A DNA stretch of 64,000 nucleotides from Azolla caroliniana. Its lineage: Eukaryota > Plantae > Polypodiophyta. Location of the stretch: the NCBI GenBank assembly GCA_043228905.1, contig JBHGNT010000005.1:11408001-11472000 (forward strand), in the 5' to 3' direction. Below, one piece after another: positions 13,230 through 24,000 of this stretch (the first letter of the stretch is position 1; every line of letters starts with the position of its first letter). Both the position numbers and the translations under genes were made by a program. The notes under the pieces were generated by a model. That model was not told where the DNA came from and made no database searches. It was given only the letters and a program-made list of their open reading frames with translations.

Positions 13230-13269
13230 GGGTTCGACGTACAAGGTACTGTCCCACGGGCGTGCCATG
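13230..13269 (+). other. tRNA 3'-half-like structured element in place of the PPT (gypsy C)
   Basis: GGGTTCGA-cgtacaaggtact-GTCCCACGGGCGTGCCA-TG|LTR. Confidence 0.8.
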
Positions 13270-13688
13270 TGTTACCGGCCGGCAAGGAGTCCAAAATACG
13301 GAGTGAAGGAATTAATTATGTATGGTTGTAAATAAGCATAGTGTGGACGGACGGACTGGAAACGGTATGCCGTTCCAGATCCGGACGGATCCCGAATGGG
13401 TGCGATAGGCACCGTTTTGTACTACGGGCCGGAAACCTATTTAAAGGCCCGGACCCCATTGTAATCGCAGCGGATAATTAATAGAGCTTATGGTGTTTAT
13501 ACTTCTGTCTTGATTTCCGTTCTGTAATTACTGTTATATCTTACGCGTGTAATTAACAAAAGCGCTCTAATCGTGTAACTTACGTAAGTCGGTGTAATCG
13601 TTGAATCTTAATCCTATGCCGTAACCACCCTTTGGTGAAGTGTCTCCGTGACACCTTGTGTTAGGCCTTGTCCGGTCAGAGAATAACA
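13270..13688 (+). repeat. Gypsy C 3' LTR
   Basis: Copy of 3851-4269. Confidence 0.95.
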
Positions 13689-14952
13689 ATTACCCAAGGG
13701 ATTTTGGGCTGAGGCAATGTCGACGGCGACATACATGATAAACAGATCACCCTCAGTACCTTTGGACGGAGACACGCCGCAGAGAGTGTGGACCGGTAGG
13801 GAGGTATCCTACCGGCACTTGAAGGTGTTCGGGTGTCTCGCATATGTGCATGTGGCAAAGGACCGGAGAGGAAAGCTAGATCCAAAGACCCGGCCATGCA
13901 TATTCCTCGGTTACGGCGATGACGAGTTCGGCTACCGAGTATGGGACCCGGTCGACAAAAAGATATTCCGGAGTCGTGATATCATCTTCATGGAGGACAA
14001 GACACTCGCCGACTGGGAGTCGGAGAAGAAGTTGAAGAACTCCAAGTCGACCGGTGAGAATCAACCCTACGAGGAGCAGTCCCGACCGGCAAGGGACCGG
14101 CAAGGGACCGGCAAGAAGAAGCAGTTGTGGTTGTCACAGGAGAAGTACGTGACAAAGGTGCTTCACCGGTTCAACATGTCGGAAGCAAGACCGGTCGGGA
14201 TGACCCTCCCGGCAAACTGCAAGTTATCCGGCAAGCAAAGTCCCAAGACAAAAGTTGAAAAGGAGGATATGATGAAGATACCATATGCCTCTGCCGTCGG
14301 GAGCTTGATGTACGCAATGGTGTGTACCCGACCGGACATTGGATACGCAGTCGGAGTGGTGAGCCGGTATATGAGTAATCCCGGCAAGGAGCACTGGAAC
14401 GCGGTCAAATGGATACTCCGATACTTAAAGGGCACTTCGAACATGTGCCTCCGATTCGGCTCCGGTAAGCCCGAACTCGACGGCTTTACCGATTCGGATA
14501 TGTCGGCTGATGCAGATACCAGCCGGTCTACATTAGGGTATGTAATGACATATGCAGGGGGAGCCGTTTCATGGCAGTCGAGGCTGCAGAAGACGGTTGC
14601 GTTGTCGACCACGGAGGCGGAGTACATGGCGGCTGTTGAAGCCGGCAAGGAAATAATATGGATGAAGGACTTCATTAGAGAGCTCGGTATCCGGCAGGAG
14701 GAGTACCGGCTCTACTGCGATAGTCAGAGTGCCATCCACCTTGCAAAGAACGCGGCCTACCATTCCCGGACGAAACACATCCAGCGTAGATACCACTGGA
14801 TCCGGGAAACGATAGAAGACAAGGAGTTCGTACTGACGAAGATCCACACGGACGAGAACGGGTCGGATATGCTGACCAAGGTGCTCACACCCGACAAGCT
14901 GGAAGCATGCCGGAAGAGGATCGGATTGGAGAGACATCCCATGCCGAAGTGA
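13689..14952 (+). CDS. Copia B integrase C-terminus fused in frame to late RT and RNase H (RT core deleted)
   Basis: LPKGFWAEAM...RGKLDPK...RDRQGTGKKKQLWLSQEKYV...GFTDSD...SRTKHI...DMLTK. No YVDD motif. Confidence 0.88.
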
Positions 14953-14962
14953 AGGGGGAGTT

Positions 14963-15606
14963 TGTTGGGATTTCGGTCCCTCCGGATGGGATGTCCGGAG
15001 ATGAATGACGGCAAGCCCGGTTGCGGTTACGGAACCGGAGGATGAAGAGTACCCGGCATGAAGCCGGATGAAGAGTACCCGGCTACGGATCCGGATGATG
15101 AAGACCCCGGCTACGGAGCCGGATGACGAATGTACCCGGAGAGAGATCCGGATGCGGGGACATATTTGTGAATATGTTTGCCAAGGGCCCTTGAGGCTAT
15201 ATTTGTAAATAGCCCGAAAGTCATATGTGTATAAATATGACTTAGGGCAAACAGTTTAGTTTGTTGTTGCTCATTTTTCTGTTTTCACTTAGAGAGAGCG
15301 AAGTGAGAGCAGCCGAGAGAGAGAGTGAGAGAGAGAGAGACGAAGAGGTCGTTGCCTCTGTGTATTACCGCCGCCTGTGGCGAAGATAGTGAGCTCAAGG
15401 TTGTTGCCTTGTAGCTTCACCATTGTACATCTCTGTTTATAGTGATAGTTGGAGTTTGAGGACTCCCGTGGTTTTTCCCATTTAGGGTTTTCCACGTAAA
15501 ACATCCTGTGTACTCTTCTCTCTATTGTCCTCGTGCATTTTTTGTATTTCCCATTTTCTGTGAGTTGATCCTATTCCTCGGTTGTGACCGAGCACTGTGT
15601 TCAACA
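14963..15606 (+). repeat. Copia B 3' LTR (644 bp)
   Basis: Follows the PPT and is followed by TSD AAGAC. Confidence 0.95.
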
Positions 15607-17711
15607 AAGACGTCGTGGAATGTTGGTATTGTGGCAAGAAAGGACACAAGGAGAGTGAATGTTGGAAGAAGCACGGCGATTCGGAGAAAACCGGATCCGG
15701 ATCCAAATGAACCAAACAAGGAAATCGGCAGCAGACGCACTACGCTGAAGGATCCAAAAAAGTCGGAAAGGGAGCAACCTTCGTGACAAGACACGAAGCC
15801 AACTCGACGAAGAAGACCACCCCAAAATCGGACAAAGTGTGGTACGTTGACTCCGGAGCGTCAAACCATATGACGAGCCATAAAGAGTGGTTCTCATATC
15901 TGGAAAAACCGGAACAACTGGGAGTAGTCACAACAGGAGACGACACTCCACATTTGATCGTACATGTCGGTGAAGTTCCTCCTAGCCACGTCGGGAAAAA
16001 AGGGAAGCTAATGAACGTGTTACACGTCCCAACAATTACGAAGAATCTAGTGTTGTTCGGACAGATCGTTGACCAGGGGATGCAAGTCTGGTTCACGCAT
16101 CTCTGGTGCTTCATCGAGGAAGAAGGCCAGGTTATTGCGCAAGGGCGCAGAGATGGGAGGATGTTCATCCTCGACACCAATGACGTAGGCACCGCCATGT
16201 TCGCGAAAGGGCAAAAAGTTGACTCGGATATCCACTTGTGGCATAAGCGGATAGGCCACATCAACTACCAAAGGCTTCAGGACCTGCAATCCAAACAAGT
16301 TGTGTTCGGATTGCTGAAATTCAGTGGTCGAAAGGCCCAAATTTGTGAAGCCTGCCAGCTATGGAAGCAATACCGACTTCCTTTCCCCAACGAGCGTAAT
16401 TGGAGTCGAAATAAGCTTGACTTGATACATTCAGATGTATGGGGACCGGCACAGAATGTGAGTCTTTGCGGGAGTCGATATTTCGTCTCCTTCATCGACG
16501 ACTACACCCGGCACACATGGATCTACCTCATCGAAAAGAAGAGTGAAGTCTTCGACTGTTTCCGGAACCTCAAAAACCTTGTCGAAAGGGAAACGTGGAG
16601 GAAGATCAAGTGTCTGCGGTCGGATGGCAAAAAAGAGTACTTTTCCAGCCAATTCAATAGTTATCTGCAACAAATGGGAATTCGACACGAATTCAGTTAG
16701 AGGTATACGCCGGAGCCAAACGGCGTAACCTAAAGGAAAAATCGGTCGGTTGTGGAAGCGGTGCAGCCAATGCTGGAAGAAAAGAGCATGCCCAAGTTCT
16801 ATTGGGCCGAAGTAGTCCGAACCGCGGTCTACATCTAGAATCAGATTGGAGAAAAAGTGTCGGCACATGAGCTTTATTTCGGAAGGAAGCCAAATCTACG
16901 ACACTTCAGGGTTTTCGGTAGCATTGCGTATGTGCATGTGCCGAAGGAGAAGCGGAGGAAGTTGGATGCGAAAGACGAGAAGTGTATATTGGTTGGCTAC
17001 TTGGACGAACAGAAGGGTTATAAGTGTTATAACCCCCGAACGAAACAAGCTCGCGTAAGTTGCGATGTTGTGTTCAATCCGACTCCGAACCTCAACTCCA
17101 ATCTGAGTTCTGAAGATGAGGTCAGCGAGGTTGAGATGCCCCCTGAAGAGTGGGAAGTCGAAACTCTTGAAGAGAGTCCGATCTCATTTCCGCTTAGTGG
17201 ATTGAATGAGCAACTAAGTCGGTTTGACCAGTAGGATGAAGAGCCGACGAGTAGTGGAGACTCCGCCGTGCATTCCCCACGCAGGAAGCCGAAGAGACGA
17301 CTTACGCCCAAAGAAAAGGGAAAGAAGAAGATGCCGGAGTACGGCACGGATAGGGATGAGTCAGATCGACGCGAATCCGACTCTGAGAAGAGCGATGATG
17401 GGCCTTCAAAAGCGATGACGGACTTCAAGAGCGAAGCCCGCATCTACCAAGAAGGCCTCAACATCAGCTAATGAGCAATTACGTTGATCTACCCACCAGA
17501 AGAACCTTGTTATGCGGTTCGGATACAATGAGTACATGGCGCATGACTATGCGTACATGATATGTGTAGCGGAAGTGCGTGAGGCGGAGAGCTACGCAGA
17601 AGTGCCAAAGGACGCAAATTGGCATGCCACCATGGAGGAAGAGATGAACACACTTGTGGAGAATGAAACCTGGGACCTAGTTGACGCCCCCAAGGGAGTA
17701 AAGACGATTGG
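15607..17711 (+). pseudogene. Copia A gag C-terminus, protease, integrase and start of RT (degenerate)
   Basis: CWYCGKKGH knuckle, WYVDSGASNH, LWHKRIGH, LIHSDVWGP, RRKLD, ENETWDLV. Confidence 0.9.
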
Positions 17712-18167
17712 TGTTAATCGGCTAATTACTAACTACTTCCGATACAGAAGAGTGAACGTCGCTACTCAACGTTCTAACAAGGAATTGTGTTTTACGAACG
17801 GAATTGCTATATTAATCGGTAATTCTCGTGATCGTTATTTAGCTATAAATTAGGAAGCTTGCACTTAAGATCATAGACAACAGAGAAACACAGAATCCGT
17901 ACAAGATATTCCTAACTTAAACTTATATTACTAAATAAAACGACCTTTCTTACAATGCCTTTGGTTCCCTTTTATAGGTATACCGAAGGTCTTTTCTCAT
18001 CAAGAACTATTCCTACTCTCTAACAAGATTTACAAAATTATCTAACTAACTTAGTTCTCTTCGTTTTACTGCTGAGTCATTGATCCGAACAGTCGATCCG
18101 AACCGACTCTGTTTTTCGACGCTTTCCCACCTGTTCGGTAAAACTGACTGTCCGGGTCCGGGTAACA
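17712..18167 (-). repeat. Gypsy D 3' LTR
   Basis: Copy of 26605-27060. Confidence 0.95.
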
Positions 18168-18209
18168 CTTGGCATGCACGTGGGCCAGGACCTTGTCCGG
18201 CGAACCCAC
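18168..18209 (-). other. tRNA 3'-half-like structured element in place of the PPT (gypsy D)
   Basis: Minus strand: GTGGGTTCGC-cggacaaggtcct-GGCCCACGTGCATGCCA-AG|LTR. Confidence 0.78.
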
Positions 18210-18211
18210 GC

Positions 18212-20632
18212 CTATTCCTGTAGCTCTTCATCCGAATCGTTCAGAATATCAAAAATCGAAGGTTCATCTGGCCTTGGATGTATTCCACCTATATCTTCTT
18301 CTTCATCTTCGTCTGTGTCACAGTCCTCCTTCGGAGCAGGTTGTGATTCGGTTGGCTGCTCTGGTTCACTTCTTCCGGCAGGTTGAATACCAGGAGTCTT
18401 GCTGGTTCTTTCGGCTTCGATTTTATCCAACTGGACGGAAGTGCCTATATCATTTTTGTCGAATTCTTGCATAATACGTTGAATTTCTTCTCTGTAAAAT
18501 GCCGCAATTTCATCCATATCTTTCATGATATCCTCTTGGATATTGTCAATATCCTTTTGTGCCATTTTAAAAAAACCTGCACCTTGTACCTGACGGTTAT
18601 TTTTGTCGGCACGCAATATCTGTAATTCCGCCGCTTGTGCTGTCCATAACTTCCATCCTTGCGCAAGGGATTCATCAATCAGTTTCTTTGCTAGGTTTCG
18701 ATGTTTACCTATGATGTGCTGCACTTTGTCCCTAGTGATGCTTGCGACGTACTGGGCGGTTTGCAACTCTTTCTGTAAATCCGTAATAGTGGTTCGGTTC
18801 TCACTTTCAGCTCGCATTAATTTGGATTCGACTACATATATATCCAGCCGTCTTTGTTCCGCTATCTTCCGAATTTCGTCCAGTTGTTGTTCGAATGCCG
18901 ATTTCTCTCTACTCCATTCCTCCTGCTGTTCCGTCATTCTTCTGTTGACTTCTTCCAGACTCTGCTGTTTTTCTGTCAATTGACTTTCCTGTGACACTAT
19001 ATACCTTTCGAATTCTTCAATTTGTTCTGTATATGTATGATTGGCCGTCTTAACTTCTTCTAGATTTTTCTGTAATTCGTTTATTACTTGATTTTTTTCT
19101 TCGAGAGCTTTGTATTGATCATTCTGAATGGTTTCTAATTGTTTTTCTAATTCTATAGTTCGAAATACTGCATTGTTGGCCCTTGTTGTTTCTGCTTGTC
19201 ATGCTTTCTCAGTATCCTCTAATTTCTGTTGCCATTCTGATTCCGACACCATAAGCCGTGCCTGTGTTTCCCATTTGTTTAGACTTTCCTTTAGTTCTTT
19301 ATTTTCTGCTTGTATGTTACAAAACTGATGCTTCAGCACCTCCGCCGATGCTGATACACTTTTGTATCTTTCAGCCATATCACTGGCTGCTTTGCGTGCC
19401 GTTTCATATTCTTTATGAATTTCGACCAGTGCTTCATGTAATGGTGGCATTTCAATAGCCTCCCCTCTATGCTGTGCACTTCTTTTCCGGCCTATTTTCT
19501 CTATCTCTGCTTTTTCTTGAGGTTCCAACACTCCTCGTAAAGCTTTCTGTATCATTATTCGGTCATTATGTTCTTGAGCCAGCCGTTCTGATACTTCTGT
19601 CAGTCTTTTAGCCAACCATTCAACCAGTTCGTATGAAGTTCCGAACTGCAAAATGGCCGCTAATTCATGTGCTGCTGGTGGGATATCCAAGTATCCATGT
19701 GCTTCCCGAATGGCTACTTTTGAAGATTGTCCTTGGTGAGGTTGTGTCGAAATGCTCTCATCCCCTGGTTTTAGTACTTCTGTTACCACAGGCGTATTCG
19801 AGTTTTCATTTGTGCGTTGCCTTTTTGGTGCTGATCCCTCCCTGTTTTCTGGTTGGAATTGCCGATTAGCCTTTTGTTTAATCCTTGTTCTTTGTCGATT
19901 TTCTGTTGGCTGTTGCTTGTTTCTCAAATTGTCAACCGTTTCTGGTTGTCTGTTTTCGGAATTCTCTGGTCTAGGTGGTTCCGACTGAGACATATTTGTT
20001 TGTATATTATCGGCATGTGCCGATTCTTCTTCTATCCATTCTTCATGTACTAGCTGTCGGTGTCTTCGTGGTGCTTGTATTATCGGTGGTCTTCTTGACT
20101 GAACAGGAGTTTCCGATTCTTGAATCGGAAACAATACTGATAACCAACGGCCAAAAATTTGCTTCATCGGTTTTCCTGTTTTTACCCCTTGTAGCTGCTC
20201 TCTCAGAGCTTCCCCCGACAATAGTGGCCAGTTGAAATCCTCTTTTTCATATGCGGCTATAATAAACCCAGCCCTTTTTTTCGGCATACAATAAAAACGA
20301 GGATTGACAAATCCCACCTCTAGTAAAAACCTCGCCACTTCATGAAAAAACTCATCCCGACCTCCATAAGTCTGATATGCTTTTGCCGAGGGTGAGTATT
20401 CCCCGAAATACGATTGGAGTGCTTCTGATGAAGGTTTTTTAACTGCCTCAAAACCTCCTCTTGGCATCTGTAATGCATGTCGTATTTTCTTTGTTGTGAT
20501 TTTGGTGATGTCTATTTGTTGTACCAATTCCTCCGCCTGCGGATGAGGTTCCGCTTCTGCTATTTTGATGAAACCTTGTAAGTTTCTCTCATGAAGCCAC
20601 AATCGCAGTTCGTCAGATACAGGAATCGGCAT
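18212..20632 (-). CDS. Gypsy D ORF2 (~806 codons, coiled coil), single internal TGA at 19199-19201
   Basis: ORFs 19199-20839 and 18212-18997 are in one frame. Homologous to C ORF2. Confidence 0.85.
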
Positions 20633-21012
20633 GACTTCTGTGTTTCCTTGTTCTGAATCACTTGTCGATGACAGTTGCAGATCTGCACAGTTTCTGTAGC
20701 GATGAAAATCAGAAAAACAGAGTTTGGGCGATCTAGGGCACGAAGGAGGCTCAGACTGTTTCGATATCTGCACTCGTTTCCGTTGTTTTGGCGATACAGA
20801 CGATACAGAAATATGTTTTAAAGATATTAATTTATGCATGATGACTTAAAGAATAGTAATTACTATTAATGTAGGAATTAATTAGTATTCACTCTACGTG
20901 TAGTGGTTGTACTTGTTACTAATAATCATGCAATTCCTCTTTCTATTTATAGTCGATTCATACTGTTTATGGCAAGATTCACATTTGACAAGAACTATTG
21001 AGTGAGTTAGTT

Positions 21013-21052
<40 letters not shown>

Positions 21053-21057
<5 letters not shown>

Positions 21058-24000
21058 CTTCCGTTTGAATAAACGGATTTACCGGCATATCTCCCAAATA
21101 CGGTTTAAGCCGAAATCCATTTACCCATTTCGGTAAAACCTCTCCGGTTAATGATCCCAGTTGGTACGTACCATTTTTACTATTAATTATCCATACTGGA
21201 CCTGTCCATCTATACCGGAGTTTCCCAGGCATAAGTCCCATTCTCGTCTGGAATACCAATACCGGTTTCCCAATTTCGAATTGCACTTCCGATTTCCTTC
21301 GATGTCGGTTTACGAATGCCTTGATTTGTCTCTGCTTGTGTTCTAGTGCTGACATTGATTGAATCCGTTCTTCTTCTAATACTAATAAAGCCTCTTTGCG
21401 TATCTGCTCCGATTCTTTTTCATTTAACTTATTCGTTGCTTGGATACGAAGTGTCGGAATTTGAAATTCGATTGGCATAACGGCTTCGAGTCCGAATGCC
21501 ATTCGGAAAGGTGTTGATTTAATGGATGTTTTGTACGAAGTACGATATGCCCATAATGCACTATTTAACTTTTGATCCCAATCAGTACGATTTTCATTCA
21601 CTATCTTCTTTAAAATTGTTTGAATTGTTTTATTTGTCGATTCTGCCAATCCATTAGCTTGGGGATAGTAAGGCGTACTTTTCTTATGAACTACGGCATA
21701 GTAATTGGTTAATTCGTTAATTAACTTGTTAATAAAATGAGTGCCTTGATCGCTTACCAATTCTATTGGGCAACCGAATCGACACCATATATACTCATAC
21801 AGGAATTTTGCTGTGGATGCTGCCGTATTGTCCCTGAGAGCTTTTGCTTCAACCCATTTTGTGCAATAGTCAGTCGCAATTATGATATATCGATTACCGG
21901 TTCTTGCAGCTGCTGGTTTGAATGGGCCAACAAAATCTAAGCCCCATTTCTGAAATGGCTCAAGAGGTAAAACCGGTTGAAAAGGCATTCGATCCTTTTC
22001 GGTTGGTTGTCCCATTCTTTGACACAAATCACATTTCTTACAGTATTCGTTAGCATCTTTCATCACCGTTGGCCACCATAACCCGCTATTCCATATTTTC
22101 CTGGCTGTTGCTTCTCCTGCTTAATGACCGCCAGCAATTCCACAATGTGACTCTGTTAATATGGCTGATTTTTCAAATTTTCGTACTGCCCTTCGCCATA
22201 TTCCATCCGCTCCTTTATGATACAACATGTCATTAAATAAACAAAAATTCCGACTTCGTACTGCAATTCTTTTTCTTTCATCTGTCGACATGTGTTCGGC
22301 CGGAATTCCTGTTGATAGAAATATCGTCATTTCGGAAATCCATTCATCCTCTTTTTCCTCATTCACTTCATGTGCTTTTACGGCCTCCACTCGAAATAAT
22401 TGAGTATCTGGAAAATCATCTTTAACCCCAACCGCTTCTTCTCCAGACTCAAGTCGACTGAGATAGTCAGCAATCGCGTGTTGTGCTCCTGGTCGATGTA
22501 TAATGTCAAACTCAAACTCTTGAAGCAATAATGTCCATCGGGCCAACTTGCCTGTCAATTCTTGTTTGGAAACTAGATACAGTAAAGCCGAATGATCCAC
22601 ATGAAATGTAAATTTCTTACCCAAAAGGTAATGTCGAAATTTGTTCACACTATATATCATTCCCAAAGCTTCTCTTTCGGTTGTTGAATAGTTTCTTTCG
22701 GCCGACGAAAGTTTCCTACTGGCATAGTATACCGGCCTATACCAGTTTGGTTCGGATAATTGCATTAAAGCACTGCCTATGGCAATGTCCGACGCATCGA
22801 CGAAAACATGAAATGGTTTGTTCCAGTCCGGTGGTTGAACTACCGGTACGTTCGTCAGCATCTTCTTGAGACATTCGTACGCATCTTGTTCTATACTTGT
22901 CCATATAAAAGGAACTTTGTGTACTGCTGTGTGTAACGGAATAGCAATGTCTGCTAGATATCTCATCATTCTACTGTGCCACCGAATTTGACCCAAAAAT
23001 CTACTTAGAGCTTTAGCATTTGTTGGTGGTGTTGCCTCAATAATTGCTTTAACTTTATCTGGGTCCACTGCAATCCCTTCTTGACTGACAATATGCCCAA
23101 GTAATGTACCACTCATTACCCCGAATGCGCATTTGGCTGGATTTAAACTAAGACGCCCTTTTCGACATTTTTCTAAACATAGCCGTAAATGTTCAAAATG
23201 ATCCGCTTTCCGACTATAAACTGCAAAATCATCTAAAAACACCTGCATGAAAGCTGGAATATATTCCCCGATTATTTCCTGTATTACCCGCTGAAATGTA
23301 GCTGGAGCTGTTTTTAAACCGAACATCATGACTACTGCCACAAAGACACCCCATTCTGTGACGAAAGCTGTCTTTTCCTGATCTTCCGGATTCATCCGTA
23401 CCTGGTTGTACCCACTGAACCCATCCAAGAAACTATAAATTTCATGTCCCGCTACTGCATCTAATATCCCATCTGTGAATGGCAATGGAAACGCATCCGT
23501 AATTGTCGCTGCATTCAATTTTCTGTAATCCACACATACACGAATTTTCCCATTCTTTTTCGGGACGACTACTATCGGACTCAGCCATGTTGATTTTTTG
23601 ACGGGTCGAATAAATCCTACTTTTAAGAGTTTATCGATTTCTTCTTTTACTTTGATAGCATAATTCGGATTCAACCTGTACCTGCGTTGTTGTACTGGCT
23701 TTGCATCTTTATGCAAATTGATTTGATGTTGACAAAAAGCGGGATCCAGACCTTTCATATCGTCAAAGGACCATGCAAAAACATCTTTATATTGTAATAG
23801 TAATGTTGTTAATGTCCGTTTGTCATTTTCCATCAAATCTCTAGCAATCAAGATTGTTTTTCTTTCAGCATCCTCTACTCCTGCCAAATCAATTTCCTCC
23901 AATGCTGAGGCTTGCACTCTCTGAGATACCTGCAATTCCTTATCTGTAGCTTCTTGTTGCATCCGTATTTCTTTTATTGTTTGCTCATCGATTGGCACTT

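Larger units (their letters stand above)
3851..13688 (+). mobile_element. Gypsy C: young Athila-like (non-chromovirus) LTR retrotransposon with an extra 3' ORF
   Basis: 419-bp LTRs at 3851-4269 and 13270-13688 with 2 differences seen. Single gag-pol ORF in PR-RT-RH-IN order. No TSD. Confidence 0.95.
1622..15606 (+). mobile_element. Copia B: young Tork/Tnt1-like copia, internally deleted, hosts gypsy C
   Basis: LTRs 1622-2293 and 14963-15606 (TG...CA). TSD AAGAC at 1617-1621 and 15607-15611. PBS-Met at 2297. PPT GAAGGGGGAG at 14951-14960. Confidence 0.95.

Noticed and set aside
13215-13232. Purine-rich GAAGGGGCCGAGAAGGG as the PPT of gypsy C
   Set aside because: It lies about 40-55 nt from the LTR, is interrupted, and has no counterpart in D or E.
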